Below are positions 22,650 through 33,694 of a DNA stretch of 64,000 nt, one piece after another. The DNA lies in assembly GCA_007692485.1 (NCBI GenBank), contig REBY01000044.1, positions 1,241 to 65,240 on the forward strand. Direction: 5' to 3'. The translations under genes were made by a program, and so were the position numbers. Source of the DNA: Pseudomonadaceae bacterium (lineage in GTDB: Bacteria > Pseudomonadota > Gammaproteobacteria > Pseudomonadales > Pseudomonadaceae). A model generated the notes under the pieces. That model was given only the letters and a program-made list of their open reading frames with translations. It was not told where the DNA came from and did not search any database. Numbering within the stretch: position 1 is the stretch's first letter; each line of letters starts with the position of its first letter.

Positions 22650-22678
22650 TTGAAGCACTTAAAAAATACTGCTATATT
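22650..22678 (+). promoter_or_regulatory. sigma70 promoter of rne
   Basis: TTGAAG-N17-TATATT, divergent from rluC as in E. coli. Confidence 0.55.
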
Positions 22679-22684
22679 CCGTAA

Positions 22685-23150
22685 AGCTGCTATAACCGCA
22701 GCCGGGGAAAACCGACCACGTGCAGACACGGGTTGCGTCCCCAGAAATACTGTCAGACGGGCGCTGCTGGCGCCGATCAGGAAGTGCCCCGCCCGCTGAC
22801 CACAGAAGCCCCGCCCTCAATGGCGGGTCATTTTAACCCGCTCTCCGGACAGTCGACGAGCGGCACCCGATTCAGATGGGTAAGTGTATAGGTGGAGATG
22901 TACAGCTTCAGGATGATGTGACGCGTGCCGACATGCTCATTATGTCCCCGTCCCAATCCGGCTGATTCCTCCATTAAGACGTTTTTCTGTACTCGCCAGA
23001 CACAGCTAGTCAGCGCACTGCCCCGGCAATGCGCGAACACTGAACAAGGGCAAGGTTGGCCCAAACAGAAACACACCTGACACCTAACGGAAGAGTCGCA
23101 GGTGCCGTACTCGTGTGCTCCGGACAGCATCGGAAACACAACGGTACTTC
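22685..23150 (+). promoter_or_regulatory. long (about 465 nt) rne 5' leader, expected autoregulatory structured UTR
   Basis: No credible ORF and many GC hairpins. E. coli rne has a 361-nt autoregulatory leader, and an rne-II motif has been described for Pseudomonadales. Confidence 0.6.
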
Positions 23151-26100
23151 ATGAAAAGAATGCTGATTAACGCAACTCAACCCGAAGAGTTGCGTGTTGC
23201 TCTGGTCGACGGCCAGCGTCTGTATGATCTCGATATCGAGTCTGGCGCCCGCGAACAGAAAAAGGCCAATATCTACAAAGGCCGCATCACCCGCGTCGAA
23301 CCCAGCCTGGAAGCCGCTTTTGTCGACTTTGGCTCTGAGCGTCACGGCTTTTTGCCGCTCAAAGAAATTGCCCGCGAATACTTCTCCAAGCAGCCGGAAG
23401 GCCGCGCCAACATCAAGGAAGTGATCAAGGAAGGCCAGGAAGTCATTGTCCAGGTCGACAAGGAAGAGCGTGGCAACAAAGGTGCCGCCCTGACGACCTA
23501 CGTCAGCCTGGCTGGCCGTTATCTGGTTCTGATGCCGAACAATCCGCGCGCCGGCGGCATCTCCCGCCGTATCGAAGGCGAGGAACGCAACGAGCTGCGC
23601 GAAGCCCTGAACAGCCTGGAAGTGCCCGCCGACATGGGCATGATTGTGCGCACTGCCGGCCTTGGCCGCAGCGCCGAAGAACTGCAATGGGATCTGGATT
23701 ACCTGCTGCAGCTGTGGGATGCAATCAAGAGCGCTTCAGAGAAGCAAGCCCCCTTCCTGATTTATCAGGAAAGTAACGTCATCATCCGCGCAATTCGTGA
23801 CTATTTGCGCCAGGATATCGGCGAAGTGCTGATCGACAATCCCTCAGTACGCGATGACGCCCTGGCCTTTATTGACCAGGTGATGCCGCAGTTCGCCAGC
23901 AAGATCAAACTCTACGAAGACAGCGTACCGCTGTTCAACCGCTTTCAGATTGAAAGCCAGATCGAAACCGCCTTCGAGCGCGAAGTCAAACTGCCCTCTG
24001 GCGGTTCGATCGTTATTGATCACACCGAAGCTCTGGTTTCCATCGATATCAACTCGGCGCGCGCTACCAAAGGCGGCGACATCGAAGAGACGGCACTGAA
24101 TACCAACCTCGAGGCCGCCGAAGAAATCGCCCGTCAATTGCGTCTTCGCGATATTGGCGGTCTGATCGTTATCGACTTTATCGACATGACCCCAGCGCGC
24201 AACCAGCGCGCCGTCGAAGACCGGATGCGCCAGAGCCTGGAAGCTGACCGCGCCCGCGTCCAGGTCGGTCGCATTTCACGCTTTGGCCTGCTGGAAATGT
24301 CCCGCCAGCGTCTACGTCCATCTCTGGGCGAGACCAGCGGTATCGTCTGCCCGCGTTGTAATGGTCGCGGCACTATCCGTGACGTCGAATCACTGTCGCT
24401 GTCAGTCTTGCGCCTTATTGAAGAAGAAGCGCTGAAGGACCGCACCGCCGAAGTACGCGCCCACGTACCCGTCGCCGTTGCCACCTTCCTGCTGAATGAA
24501 AAGCGCGAAGCGCTCGCCGCCACCGAAAACCGCACTCGCGTGCGCATTCTGGTGTTGCCCAGCGAGCACATGGTTACTCCCCACTTTGATGTCCAACGCC
24601 TGCGCGACGACAGTGAAGCGGTTATGAACGGCGAAAGCAGCTACAGCATGAGCACTGAAGTTGAAGCTGAAGAGCCCGTTCCGGTCAGCCAGACAAAAGC
24701 CATCGTGCGTCCGGAAGCTGCAGTAAAACGTATTGAGCCAACCCGACCGGCCCCCACTCCTGCCACTCCAGCTGCACCCATTGCTGCAACTCAAGCAGTC
24801 CAAGAGTCGCAGCCTGGTTTGTTCAAGGGGCTGATCAAGTCGCTGGTAGGCCTGTTTGCTGCCGAAGAGACTGATGACAAAGACAGCAAAGCAGACAGCA
24901 GCAAGGAAGCCAAGCCCAAGGCTGACGAAGAAGCACGCAAAAGCCGCAACAACCGTGGCGGCAACGAGCGACGCAACAACCGTAACCGTCGGCCACGCAA
25001 CGAGCGGACCGAGCGCAATGACAGCGATAACGCTAAACCAGCCGCTAGCAGCCCTGCGCGCAGTGAAGCACCCAGCGAGAAGCGAGAAGGTAGCGAAGAG
25101 CGCCCGCAAGGCCGCCGCCGCCGCCGCGCGCCCAGCGGCGCGAGCAATGCCTCGGCAGTGACGGCAACCCCTGAGGGCGAGCAAAACGAAGCCCGTCAGG
25201 CGGCACCAGCGCCTGCACAGGAACGCCGGCCGCGCAAAGAAGCCAATACAGAAGAAGCCGATAAGGAAACGACCAAGCCAGCCGAAGCAGCCGCTGATGA
25301 GACGACAGACGGCGAACGCCCACGTCGTCGCTCGCGCAATAGCCAGCGTCGTCGCAATAACCGCCGTCGCGCCAATCAGGATGAAAACCAAACCGCTGAA
25401 GCCAGCGCCAACCAAAGCGAGCAGCCCACTCAGGCGAGCAGCGGCGAGAGCAACGACTCAGCGTCAGTGGCTGACCTGAAAAAACCAGTGGAAGACAGCC
25501 TGAACCAGGCCGCCGATCAAGCTGAAGCCAGCATTGAAAAAGCGGTTGATGCTTTTGCCCAGTCGCAGCCACAGGATCTGGAAGCCAAGCAAGCGCCAGA
25601 AGCACCTGCCGCAACCAAACCGGTTGAGCCAGCCGCCAGCGAGCAGGCACCTACCAGTGATGCAGCACCAGCCGAAGCCGAAACCGCCCCAGCCGCTGCC
25701 AAGCCACGCCGTGAACGCGGCCCACGCCGTGAGCGTCCGGCAGCTAAAACAACAGCCAGCGAAGCAGAAACTGCCACTGCGGCCACTGAAATAAATGCGG
25801 ACGTCGCTGACGCCGGCGCAACAGCTGATGCCAGCGCGCCAGCTAGTGCTGAAGTAGCCCAGGCCAAGCCCGAGACGGTCAGTGCGCCAGTGCCTGGCGA
25901 CAAAGAGCCGGTGGTTGACGCTGAGGTCACCGCGAGCAAGCCTGTGGAGACTGAAACGGAAGTCAAGGTTCAGGCCGAACCGGTAGCGGAAGAGCCGGTA
26001 ATTTCAGCTCCAGCAGAGCAAGCTGAGCCTGCTACAGAAGCACCCGCCGTTACCGCATCTGGCCGTGCGTTCAACGACCCGCGCGAAATCCGTCGCCGCA

Positions 26101-26465
26101 GGGAAGAGGAAAAACGCAAGGCTGCCGAAGCGGCAAGCGTATCAGCACAAGCAGAAGCTGAAGCCGCTGAGCAGGCCAAGCGCGAAGCTATTGAAACTGC
26201 CAACGCTGAAGCTGAAGCCGCCAAGCAACAAGCCGCCGAAGCAGAAGCCGCAGAAAAGGCCAAGCAGCTGCACGAAGCGCTTGAACAAGCGCCCAGCCAA
26301 GAGCCCAGCACTGTCATACCCGCGTCAGAACCGGCAGCGGAAGACACTACCGAGCCAAAGGCCAAGCCAGCGCAGGAACCGCGTCAAAGTGCATTGCCCA
26401 TTGACGCGGACGAGCACAAAGCTGATTCACCCGCCTTGCCTGACCCGGATGACAAACGCAGCTGA
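23151..26465 (+). CDS. rne: ribonuclease E
   Basis: [23 protein letters not shown]-terminus, S1 domain and Zn-link CPRCNGRG. Amphipathic membrane-targeting helix [16 protein letters not shown] (24816-24863). Arg-rich segments and a long Ala/Glu/Pro-rich scaffold tail. Confidence 0.97.
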   Translation: MKRMLINATQPEELRVALVDGQRLYDLDIESGAREQKKANIYKGRITRVEPSLEAAFVDFGSERHGFLPLKEIAREYFSKQPEGRANIKEVIKEGQEVIVQVDKEERGNKGAALTTYVSLAGRYLVLMPNNPRAGGISRRIEGEERNELREALNSLEVPADMGMIVRTAGLGRSAEELQWDLDYLLQLWDAIKSASEKQAPFLIYQESNVIIRAIRDYLRQDIGEVLIDNPSVRDDALAFIDQVMPQFASKIKLYEDSVPLFNRFQIESQIETAFEREVKLPSGGSIVIDHTEALVSIDINSARATKGGDIEETALNTNLEAAEEIARQLRLRDIGGLIVIDFIDMTPARNQRAVEDRMRQSLEADRARVQVGRISRFGLLEMSRQRLRPSLGETSGIVCPRCNGRGTIRDVESLSLSVLRLIEEEALKDRTAEVRAHVPVAVATFLLNEKREALAATENRTRVRILVLPSEHMVTPHFDVQRLRDDSEAVMNGESSYSMSTEVEAEEPVPVSQTKAIVRPEAAVKRIEPTRPAPTPATPAAPIAATQAVQESQPGLFKGLIKSLVGLFAAEETDDKDSKADSSKEAKPKADEEARKSRNNRGGNERRNNRNRRPRNERTERNDSDNAKPAASSPARSEAPSEKREGSEERPQGRRRRRAPSGASNASAVTATPEGEQNEARQAAPAPAQERRPRKEANTEEADKETTKPAEAAADETTDGERPRRRSRNSQRRRNNRRRANQDENQTAEASANQSEQPTQASSGESNDSASVADLKKPVEDSLNQAADQAEASIEKAVDAFAQSQPQDLEAKQAPEAPAATKPVEPAASEQAPTSDAAPAEAETAPAAAKPRRERGPRRERPAAKTTASEAETATAATEINADVADAGATADASAPASAEVAQAKPETVSAPVPGDKEPVVDAEVTASKPVETETEVKVQAEPVAEEPVISAPAEQAEPATEAPAVTASGRAFNDPREIRRRREEEKRKAAEAASVSAQAEAEAAEQAKREAIETANAEAEAAKQQAAEAEAAEKAKQLHEALEQAPSQEPSTVIPASEPAAEDTTEPKAKPAQEPRQSALPIDADEHKADSPALPDPDDKRS

Positions 26466-26486
26466 GGCTGATAGCAGGTCAAACAA

Positions 26487-26513
26487 ACAGGGGCGCAATA
26501 GCGCCCCTGTTTG
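26487..26513 (+). terminator. rne terminator
   Basis: ACAGGGGCGC-aata-GCGCCCCTGT followed by TTG. The U-tract is short. Confidence 0.6.
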
Positions 26514-26594
26514 CGTCTGGTGCCCGCAGCACCCCACAGCCACACATGAATGGGTTATGCTCTGGGCTTCACTGCCAAGCGGAACACCTCAGCC

Positions 26595-27401
26595 ATGCCA
26601 GACATTCAGCTTAACGGCCACCGCCTGCATTACACCGACCAAGGTCAGGGGCCTGCGGTATTACTGATTCACGGCCTTGGCTCCAGCAGCCTCGACTGGG
26701 AATACCAGCTACCTGCTCTTACCCAAGACTACCGCGTACTCACTCTCGATATGCTGGGCCACGGGCAAAGCGACAAACCCATTCACGGCTACAGCATCCA
26801 GGCGTTTGCCGATGACACCCTGGCCTTTATCCAGCACATGGCGCTGCACCAGCCGCATATTGTCGGTATTTCCATGGGCGGCATGATTGCCTTTCAACTG
26901 GCAGTCGATCACCCCGACATACCGGCTAGCCTGACTATTATCAACAGCGGGCCCGAAGTGGTGCCGCGCGGTTTTGCCGATTACCGTATGGCCGCTAAGC
27001 GACTGTTCTTTGCCCACATACTGCCGCTGAAAACCGTATCTCGCGGGCTCGCCCGCCTGCTCTTTCCGCAAGCGGATCAGGCTGAGCTGCGCAGCAAGTT
27101 CGAGCAACGCTGGCAAACCAATTTCCGCCCGGCTTACCTGGCATCCCTGCGGGCCATTGTCGGCTGGAGTGTGCGCGATCGTCTGGCTTTGATTCAATGC
27201 CCGGTACTGGTCGTGTGTGCCGACCAGGATTACACGCCGGTCGAGCAAAAGGAGGTTTATGTCAACGAGCTGGCCAATGCGCAACTCGAAGTGATTACCA
27301 ATTCACGGCACGCCACACCCGTGGACCAGCCCGAGGTATTCAACCAACTGCTGCTGGACTTTCTAGCCCGCCAGGCCACATCCGATCAACCATCCCCGTA
27401 A
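26595..27401 (+). CDS. alpha/beta-fold hydrolase
   Basis: HGLGSS, nucleophile elbow GISMGG and a C-terminal His region. ATG at 26595 (MPDIQLNG). Confidence 0.85.
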   Translation: MPDIQLNGHRLHYTDQGQGPAVLLIHGLGSSSLDWEYQLPALTQDYRVLTLDMLGHGQSDKPIHGYSIQAFADDTLAFIQHMALHQPHIVGISMGGMIAFQLAVDHPDIPASLTIINSGPEVVPRGFADYRMAAKRLFFAHILPLKTVSRGLARLLFPQADQAELRSKFEQRWQTNFRPAYLASLRAIVGWSVRDRLALIQCPVLVVCADQDYTPVEQKEVYVNELANAQLEVITNSRHATPVDQPEVFNQLLLDFLARQATSDQPSP

Positions 27402-27418
27402 TCGAAAGAGACTGCACT

Positions 27419-27985
27419 ATGCTGAAGATTCTGTTTGCCTGCCTGACTACCCTGATACTGCTCGGCAGCCCCTTTGCCGCTGCCGATGACACCCAGCCCA
27501 AGGTGATCGTTCACACCAGCCTGGGCGACATCACACTGGCGCTGAATGCCGAGAAAGCACCGATCAGCGTCGCCAATTTTTTACGCTATGTGGATGCCGG
27601 CCACTATGAAGGATTGATCTTCCACCGGGTGATTCCGGGCTTTATGATTCAGGGCGGTGGCTTTACTCCGGATATGCGCCAGCGGGAAACCGCAGAGCCG
27701 ATCAAGAATGAAGCGGACAATGGCCTGAACAACCGTCGCTATACGGTTGCCATGGCGCGCACCAATGTGGTGGATAGCGCGACCAGCCAGTTCTTTATCA
27801 ACGTTAGTCACAATGATTTTCTTAACCACAGCCCGCGCAACTTCGGCTATGCCGTTTTTGCTGAAGTGGTAGACGGTCAGCATGTGGTGGAAACCATTGC
27901 CAAGGTGCCAACCGGCACTCAAGGCGGTCATGGCGATGTGCCGCGCAACCCGGTGGTTATCGAGCGCGTCAGCCGCGTTGAGTAG
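27419..27985 (+). CDS. ppiA: periplasmic peptidyl-prolyl cis-trans isomerase (cyclophilin)
   Basis: Signal peptide MLKILFACLTTLILLGSPFAAA. Cyclophilin motifs FHRVIPGFMIQGGGF and SATSQFFIN. Confidence 0.93.
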   Translation: MLKILFACLTTLILLGSPFAAADDTQPKVIVHTSLGDITLALNAEKAPISVANFLRYVDAGHYEGLIFHRVIPGFMIQGGGFTPDMRQRETAEPIKNEADNGLNNRRYTVAMARTNVVDSATSQFFINVSHNDFLNHSPRNFGYAVFAEVVDGQHVVETIAKVPTGTQGGHGDVPRNPVVIERVSRVE

Positions 27986-28000
27986 GCGAATTACGAACAC

Positions 28001-28030
28001 AAAAAAGCCGGCTTTCAAGCCGGCTTTTTT
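28001..28030. terminator. bidirectional intrinsic terminator (ppiA on plus, tRNA operon on minus)
   Basis: AAAAAA-GCCGGC-tttcaa-GCCGGC-TTTTTT. Confidence 0.85.
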
Positions 28031-28036
28031 GTGTAT

Positions 28037-28112
28037 TGGTGGAGCTAAGCGGGATCGAACCGCTGACCTCCTGCATGCCATGCAGGCGCTCTCCCAGCTG
28101 AGCTATAGCCCC
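28037..28112 (-). tRNA. tRNA-Ala (GGC)
   Basis: The reverse complement GGGGCTATAGCTCAGCTGGGAGAGCGCCTGCATGGCATGCAGGAGGTCAGCGGTTCGATCCCGCTTAGCTCCACCA has the G3:U70 Ala identity pair and a GGC anticodon. CCA is encoded. Confidence 0.95.
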
Positions 28113-28154
28113 GTGGTCTTGCGACCCTGCCACAATCTGCATGGCAGTAATAAA

Positions 28155-28230
28155 TGGCGTCCCCTAGGGGACTCGAACCCCTGTTACCGCCGTGAAAGGG
28201 CGGTGTCCTAGGCCACTAGACGAAGGGGAC
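28155..28230 (-). tRNA. tRNA-Glu (UUC)
   Basis: Reverse complement GTCCCCTTCGTCTAGTGGCCTAGGACACCGCCCTTTCACGGCGGTAACAGGGGTTCGAGTCCCCTAGGGGACGCCA. Confidence 0.95.
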
Positions 28231-28315
28231 GCAAACCCTTCTGATTTATCCTTGGCTGGTAAGGACAAACCCTAGATTAAAACAGGCCAATGAACGAGTC
28301 ACTGACCTAAAAACG

Positions 28316-28391
28316 TGGTGGAGCTAAGCGGGATCGAACCGCTGACCTCCTGCATGCCATGCAGGCGCTCTCCCAGCTGAGCTATAGCCCC
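28316..28391 (-). tRNA. tRNA-Ala (GGC), identical second copy
   Basis: 76 of 76 nt identical to 28037-28112. Confidence 0.95.
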
Positions 28392-28409
28392 GTCTCGAGG
28401 ACGGGGCGA

Positions 28410-28452
28410 ATATTAGGGTCAGGGGGCCTGACTGTCAATAGAATTTTTTCCA
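28410..28452 (-). promoter_or_regulatory. strong stable-RNA promoter of the tRNA operon
   Basis: The minus strand reads GGAAAAAATTCTA (UP-like) then TTGACA-N17-TAATAT followed by the GC-rich discriminator TCGCCCC. The TSS is about 12 nt before the first tRNA. Confidence 0.8.
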
Positions 28453-28500
28453 AAACAGCGACTTAAGACCGTATCAGACTTTTCAGCACTGGCGCTCGGC

Positions 28501-28604
28501 GGCATTGCCAGACGTCGACCCCAGACACGCTACTAGCCATCCCTGGGGGTCGTCGATGCACCTCCTTGTGCATCGACGGTCTGGGGTCGACGCCTGGCAA
28601 CACC
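28501..28604 (+). repeat. full-length copy (B) of the nested-palindrome repeat family
   Basis: Outer stem TTGCCAG pairs with CTGGCAA. Second stem ACGTCGACCCCAGAC pairs with GTCTGGGGTCGACGC. There is a conserved unpaired block and an inner hairpin CGTCGATGCA-cctccttg-TGCATCGACG. Confidence 0.85.
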
Positions 28605-28675
28605 GCTTTCAGCCGCAGCGTCGCTGTCACAGAAAAACTAATCAAAGACAGCCCGCCAACTTTATAAAACCGCAC

Positions 28676-31408
28676 TTACCCCGCCAACAACCCCCGCAAG
28701 ACATAGTGCAAGATGCCACCTGCCTTGAAGTAGTCAATCTCGTTGCCGGTATCAATACGGCACAACACCTCGAACTTGACCTGATCACCATTGGTGCGGG
28801 TCGCTACCACAGGCAGGGTTTGACCGGGCTTGAGGCCGTCATCAAGGCCATGGATGTCAATGCGTTCATGCCCATCCAGACCGAGGGCAGAGACACTCTG
28901 GCCTTCCATGAACTGCAGCGGAAGCACACCCATACCGACCAGGTTGGAGCGGTGAATACGCTCAAAACTTTCCGCCAAGACCGCTTTGACGCCGAGCAGG
29001 TTGGTGCCTTTGGCCGCCCAGTCACGGCTCGAACCAGTCCCGTATTCCTTGCCCGCAAGGATCACCAGCGCAGCAGCATCTTTCTGGTAACGCATAGCGG
29101 CATCGTAAATAGCCATACGCTCACCACTGGGCACATGGATGGTTTCACCACCCTCCTCGCCCGCCAACATCAGGTTACGGATACGGATGTTGGCAAAGGT
29201 ACCGCGCATCATCACCTCATGATTACCGCGGCGTGAACCGTAGGAATTGAAGTCATCCGGCTTGATACCCAGGCTTTGCAAGTACTCACCGGCTGGCGAG
29301 CTGGACTTGATCGATCCGGCCGGAGAAATGTGATCAGTAGTGATGGAGTCACCGAACACTGCCAGTACGTATGCCTGCTCGACCGGCTCAACCGATTTCA
29401 ATGGCTGATCAATCTGCTCGAAATAAGGGGGGTTCTGTACGTAACTGGATGCACTATCCCAAGCATAGGTGCTGCTGTCCGGCACTTTGATGCTCTGCCA
29501 GTGCTCGTCGCCACTGAAAACATCGGCGTAGCGCTCACGGAACATACTTTGCTCAACCAGCGCCACCGCCTCGGCAATTTCCGCATTACTGGGCCAGATA
29601 TCCTGTAAGAATACCGGCTGATTGTTCGCATCCAGCCCCAAGGGCTCCTTGGCCAGGTTCATCCGTGTATTGCCGGCCAGCGCATAGGCGACCACCAGCG
29701 GCGGCGAAGCCAGCCAGTTGGCTTTGACTTGCTGGTGTACGCGGCCTTCAAAATTACGATTGCCGGACAATACCGAGGACACCACCAGATCATGCTCACC
29801 AATGGCATTGCTGATCTGCTCGGGGAGTGGCCCGGAGTTGCCGATACAGGTGGTGCAACCATAGCCCACCAGATTGAAGCCCAGCTTATCCAGATACTCG
29901 TCCAGACCGGCTTTGGCCAGATAGTCGGTCACCACCTTGGAACCCGGTGCCAGCGACGACTTCACCCAAGGCTTGCGCTGCAGACCTTTTTCCAGCGCTT
30001 TCTTCGCTACCAGCCCAGCTGCCATCATCACGCTGGGGTTGGACGTATTGGTGCATGAAGTGATCGCAGCAATGACCACTGCGCCATGATTGAGCACTTG
30101 CTCTTCGCCATCAATCATCACCACAGCATCGCCCCGGTGCGAGCCCACTGCGGTGCCACCGCCACCTTCACTTTCCAGCCGGGCTTCATCCTGATCGCCC
30201 GGCACAACCTGCAAGGCAAGCAAATCATCAAAAGCTCGCGGGACATCACCCAGAGCAACCCGGTCTTGTGGCCGTTTCGGCCCAGCCAGACTGGCTTCCA
30301 CTTCATTCATATCCAAATGCAGGGTAGCGGTAAATACGGGTTCGTGGCCCGGTTCACGCCACAACCCCTGTGCCTTGCAGTAGGCTTCAACCCGTTCAAC
30401 AACCGCATCCGGCCGGCCGGTCTGGCGCAGATACTCCAGCGTGACGTCGTCCACTGGGAAGAAACCACAGGTTGCCCCGTATTCAGGGGCCATATTGGCA
30501 ATGGTGGCGCGGTCAGCCAGCGGCAAGTCAGCCAAGCCATCACCATAGAACTCGACAAATTTGCCGACCACACCTTGGGCACGCAGCATCTGTGTGACCG
30601 TCAGCACCAGGTCTGTGGCGGTCATGCCCTCCTTCATCTTACCGGTCAGCTTGAAACCGACCACTTCGGGAATCAGCATGGAAACGGGCTGGCCCAGCAT
30701 CGCGGCTTCCGCCTCAATCCCGCCAACACCCCAGCCAAGCACACCCAAGCCGTTAATCATGGTGGTATGCGAGTCAGTGCCAACCAGGGTATCCGGGTAA
30801 GCCCAGTGTTCGCCATCGCGCTCTTCGGCCCAAACGCTTTCCGCCAGATACTCCAGGTTGACCTGATGACAAATACCGGTGCCGGGAGGGACTACACGGA
30901 AATTGTTGAACGCCTGCTGCCCCCAACGCAAAAAGGCATAGCGCTCGCCATTGCGCTCCATTTCAATTGCTACGTTGTCCTTGAAGGCGCTGGCATCGGC
31001 AAAACGATCAACCATGACTGAGTGATCAATCACCAGATCTACGGGTGAGAGTGGGTTGATTTGCTGCGGGTCACCGCCCGCCTTGGCCACGGCATCACGC
31101 ATGGCGGCCAAGTCAACGACGGCTGGTACGCCGGTAAAATCCTGCATTAATACGCGTGCCGGCCGGTACTGGATTTCCCGCGTTGAGCGTTGCTGTTTGA
31201 GCCAATCGACGACTGCCTGGCAATCTTCCAGCGTCACTGTGCTGCCATCTTCATTACGCAGCAAGTTTTCCAATAAGACTTTTAGTGACATCGGCAAGCG
31301 GCTGATATCGCCCAGTTTTTCAGCAGCTTTTGGCAATGAATGATATTGGTAAGTGGTTGCCCCGACGGCGAGGCTTTGCTGGCTGTCCAGGCTATTCTTG
31401 ACGCTCAT
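28676..31408 (-). CDS. acnA: aconitate hydratase A
   Basis: About 910 aa with Fe-S ligand regions ([20 protein letters not shown]). AAGAGGA lies before the ATG at 31408. Confidence 0.97.
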   Translation of the reverse strand: MSVKNSLDSQQSLAVGATTYQYHSLPKAAEKLGDISRLPMSLKVLLENLLRNEDGSTVTLEDCQAVVDWLKQQRSTREIQYRPARVLMQDFTGVPAVVDLAAMRDAVAKAGGDPQQINPLSPVDLVIDHSVMVDRFADASAFKDNVAIEMERNGERYAFLRWGQQAFNNFRVVPPGTGICHQVNLEYLAESVWAEERDGEHWAYPDTLVGTDSHTTMINGLGVLGWGVGGIEAEAAMLGQPVSMLIPEVVGFKLTGKMKEGMTATDLVLTVTQMLRAQGVVGKFVEFYGDGLADLPLADRATIANMAPEYGATCGFFPVDDVTLEYLRQTGRPDAVVERVEAYCKAQGLWREPGHEPVFTATLHLDMNEVEASLAGPKRPQDRVALGDVPRAFDDLLALQVVPGDQDEARLESEGGGGTAVGSHRGDAVVMIDGEEQVLNHGAVVIAAITSCTNTSNPSVMMAAGLVAKKALEKGLQRKPWVKSSLAPGSKVVTDYLAKAGLDEYLDKLGFNLVGYGCTTCIGNSGPLPEQISNAIGEHDLVVSSVLSGNRNFEGRVHQQVKANWLASPPLVVAYALAGNTRMNLAKEPLGLDANNQPVFLQDIWPSNAEIAEAVALVEQSMFRERYADVFSGDEHWQSIKVPDSSTYAWDSASSYVQNPPYFEQIDQPLKSVEPVEQAYVLAVFGDSITTDHISPAGSIKSSSPAGEYLQSLGIKPDDFNSYGSRRGNHEVMMRGTFANIRIRNLMLAGEEGGETIHVPSGERMAIYDAAMRYQKDAAALVILAGKEYGTGSSRDWAAKGTNLLGVKAVLAESFERIHRSNLVGMGVLPLQFMEGQSVSALGLDGHERIDIHGLDDGLKPGQTLPVVATRTNGDQVKFEVLCRIDTGNEIDYFKAGGILHYVLRGLLAG

Positions 31409-31580
31409 GCTGCATCCTCTTGGCAAAGCGCTGGCAGCAGGCCAGCGACAGAATGGTTATACTCCCCACACTACAAGGTCCCATGCGCGAACTACAATGC
31501 AGGTAAAGATTTTTTTTGTTCTGACGATACCTATAGCATAGACCAATAAAACCTCAGTTTTGCCGTCATCAGGATGCCCA

Positions 31581-33137
31581 ATGCGAAATAACCAGCCCGT
31601 CACCCAGCGCGAACAAAGCTTTCCCGAAGCGCAGCGGCTGATCTCGACCACCGACCTCAAAGGCATGATTCGCTATGCGAATGACCACTTTATCGACATT
31701 AGCGGATTCAGCGCCGACGAGTTGATCGGCAGCCCGCACAACCTGGTGCGTCACCCGGATGTACCCTCGGCGGTTTTCGCCCATATGTGGACTGATCTCA
31801 AAGCCGGCCGCAGCTGGATGGGCATCGTCAAAAACCGCTGTAAAAATGGCGACCATTACTGGGTCAATGCCTATGTAACGCCAGTTCTGGAGAATGGTCA
31901 GATCACCGGCTTTGAATCAGTGCGGGTCAAACCCACTGCGCAGCAAATCAAGCGCGCGGAGGAGCTGTATCAGCGTCTTAACCGCGGCGGCAAAGCAGTC
32001 CCCTTCGACTGGCAAGGCTGGCTGGGTGACCTGGCACCGATGCTGGTGGTTGGCGGCCTGACGGCTGCGCTAGGTAGCACGCTGGGTGCCTGGGGCGTTG
32101 CTGCCAGCCTGATCATCAGTCTGCCCGCGGCATTGGGCTGGCGGGCCTGGCAGGAGGCGCGCCTGCAGCGTCTGATCCGTCAGGCCTCACAAAGTATCAG
32201 CGACCCGCTACTGGCTCAGATGTATACACCCTATCGAGGGACTCTAGCTCAACTGGAAATGGCACTACTGAGCCAGCAGGCCCGCCTGCGCACCAGCCTG
32301 ACCCGCCTACTTGACAGCGCCGGCCACCTACGCAGCCAAGCGACCGAGGCTAGCCAACTGGCCCTGGATAGCGCTCATGGGCTCAGCCAACAGCGTCAGG
32401 AAACCGAACAGGTGGCCACCGCGGTCAACGAAATGGCTGCTGCCACCCAGGAAGTCTCCGGTAACGTACAGCGCACTGCTGAATCCACCCGGCATGCCAG
32501 TGCACTGGCCAGTCAGGGTAAAGAAGTCGCCTTGGCCACTCGGCGAGCTATCGAGCAGTTGGCCGCTGCCGTCAATGCTGCGGCTGACGTCTCCAGCCAG
32601 CTAGCCAGCGACGCCAAGCAGATCGGTACCGTTGTGGATGTCATCAAGGGCATAGCCGAACAAACCAATTTGCTCGCCCTCAATGCTGCCATTGAAGCGG
32701 CCAGGGCAGGAGAACAGGGCCGCGGTTTTGCCGTGGTGGCTGATGAGGTACGCGCTCTGGCAAGCCGAACGGCTGACTCCACCGAGCAGATTCATGGACT
32801 GATTGCCAACCTGCAACAAGCAGCGGAAAAAGCCGTCAACGCTATGCAGCAAGGTCATAGCCAGGCAGACAAGGGGCTGGAACGGGTAGTCGCAACAGAT
32901 CAGGCTCTGGATGGCATCAGCGAAGCCATTGAGCAAATCAAGGATATGGCCAATCAGATTGCCAGCGCCGCTGAAGAGCAAAGCGCGGTGGCTGAAGAGA
33001 TCAACCGTAACATAACGACCATTGCCGACCTCTCGGAGTCAACCGCGGGCAAGGCCCAGCGTAGCGCAGATCTGAGCATTGAACTGGCCGATACCGCCAG
33101 CGAACAGGCTGAACTGGTAGAACGCTTCAATCGCTGA
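31581..33137 (+). CDS. aer: aerotaxis receptor Aer (PAS-FAD sensing methyl-accepting chemotaxis protein)
   Basis: N-terminus NQPVTQRE...TDLKG.I.YAN..F...SGF...[13 protein letters not shown]...F..MW..L..G..W.G.VKNR.KNGDHYW closely parallels E. coli Aer. The C-terminal MCP signalling domain is [30 protein letters not shown]. Adjacent to acnA as in P. aeruginosa. Confidence 0.9.
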   Translation: MRNNQPVTQREQSFPEAQRLISTTDLKGMIRYANDHFIDISGFSADELIGSPHNLVRHPDVPSAVFAHMWTDLKAGRSWMGIVKNRCKNGDHYWVNAYVTPVLENGQITGFESVRVKPTAQQIKRAEELYQRLNRGGKAVPFDWQGWLGDLAPMLVVGGLTAALGSTLGAWGVAASLIISLPAALGWRAWQEARLQRLIRQASQSISDPLLAQMYTPYRGTLAQLEMALLSQQARLRTSLTRLLDSAGHLRSQATEASQLALDSAHGLSQQRQETEQVATAVNEMAAATQEVSGNVQRTAESTRHASALASQGKEVALATRRAIEQLAAAVNAAADVSSQLASDAKQIGTVVDVIKGIAEQTNLLALNAAIEAARAGEQGRGFAVVADEVRALASRTADSTEQIHGLIANLQQAAEKAVNAMQQGHSQADKGLERVVATDQALDGISEAIEQIKDMANQIASAAEEQSAVAEEINRNITTIADLSESTAGKAQRSADLSIELADTASEQAELVERFNR

Positions 33138-33181
33138 ACGCAGTATGCCGGGGCCGCCTCAATCGGCCGACCCCAGACAGG

Positions 33182-33610
33182 TTACTTGACCAGCAGTACC
33201 GGCACCGGCACTTCATGCACAATACGCGTAGCTACAGACCCCATAACCAGGTTGCCCAGGTTGCTCATGCCACGCGTGCCCATGACGACGGTATTGCAAC
33301 CGAAGGACTTGACGGCCTTGACCACTTCGCCAATCACTTCGCCGATCACCGCGTGGGTCTCAAAATCAATCTTTGCCGCTTCCAACATGCTAGCCGCATC
33401 GACATTAATTTCCTGACCGTGTTGGATGGCCCCTTCACGCAGTTGCTCGAGCATGCTGGCTGAGACATAGTTGCCATATAGCTTGGGCTCGGTCTGTACA
33501 TTAATCACATGCACTTTGATCGCTGGGTACTTGGCGGAAAAGTCGACCAGATACTGAATCGCGCGCTTGGCGCTGGATGATCCATCGAAGGGTACCAATA
33601 CGTTTTGCAT
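33182..33610 (-). CDS. universal stress protein (UspA family)
   Basis: 142 aa Usp fold with GTRGMSNLGNLVMGSVATRIVHEVPVPVLLV. Confidence 0.9.
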   Translation of the reverse strand: MQNVLVPFDGSSSAKRAIQYLVDFSAKYPAIKVHVINVQTEPKLYGNYVSASMLEQLREGAIQHGQEINVDAASMLEAAKIDFETHAVIGEVIGEVVKAVKSFGCNTVVMGTRGMSNLGNLVMGSVATRIVHEVPVPVLLVK

Positions 33611-33694
33611 AGTGCTTCCTTTTCATTTCAACAAACAGCATGACTGACGTGAGTATAACCAATATCCAGTGTCGCAAATTGATTCGACCAGCGA

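Noticed and set aside
24134-26365. Stack of 100-340-aa ORFs on both strands across the rne 3' half.
   Set aside because: They are produced by the repetitive GC/GA-rich codons of the RNase E scaffold tail. The translations are Ala/Arg/Ser homopolymer-like, and none has an SD.
28463-28675. 70-aa minus-strand ORF between acnA and the tRNA promoter.
   Set aside because: It lies entirely across repeat copy B and the tRNA UP element, has no SD, and its translation is dictated by the palindrome.
28505-31021. Long plus-strand ORFs (243 and 311 aa) opposite acnA. The first begins inside repeat copy B.
   Set aside because: They are antisense to a full-length aconitase. Their composition is His/Gln/Arg-rich, which is typical of antisense frames. 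The first merely starts in the palindrome by chance.
33160-33181. A 12-nt match CGACCCCAGACA to the left arm of repeat copy B, in the aer-usp spacer.
   Set aside because: I estimate about one 12-mer match by chance for an element of this size in 64 kb of GC-rich sequence on both strands. None of the conserved core or hairpin base is present.
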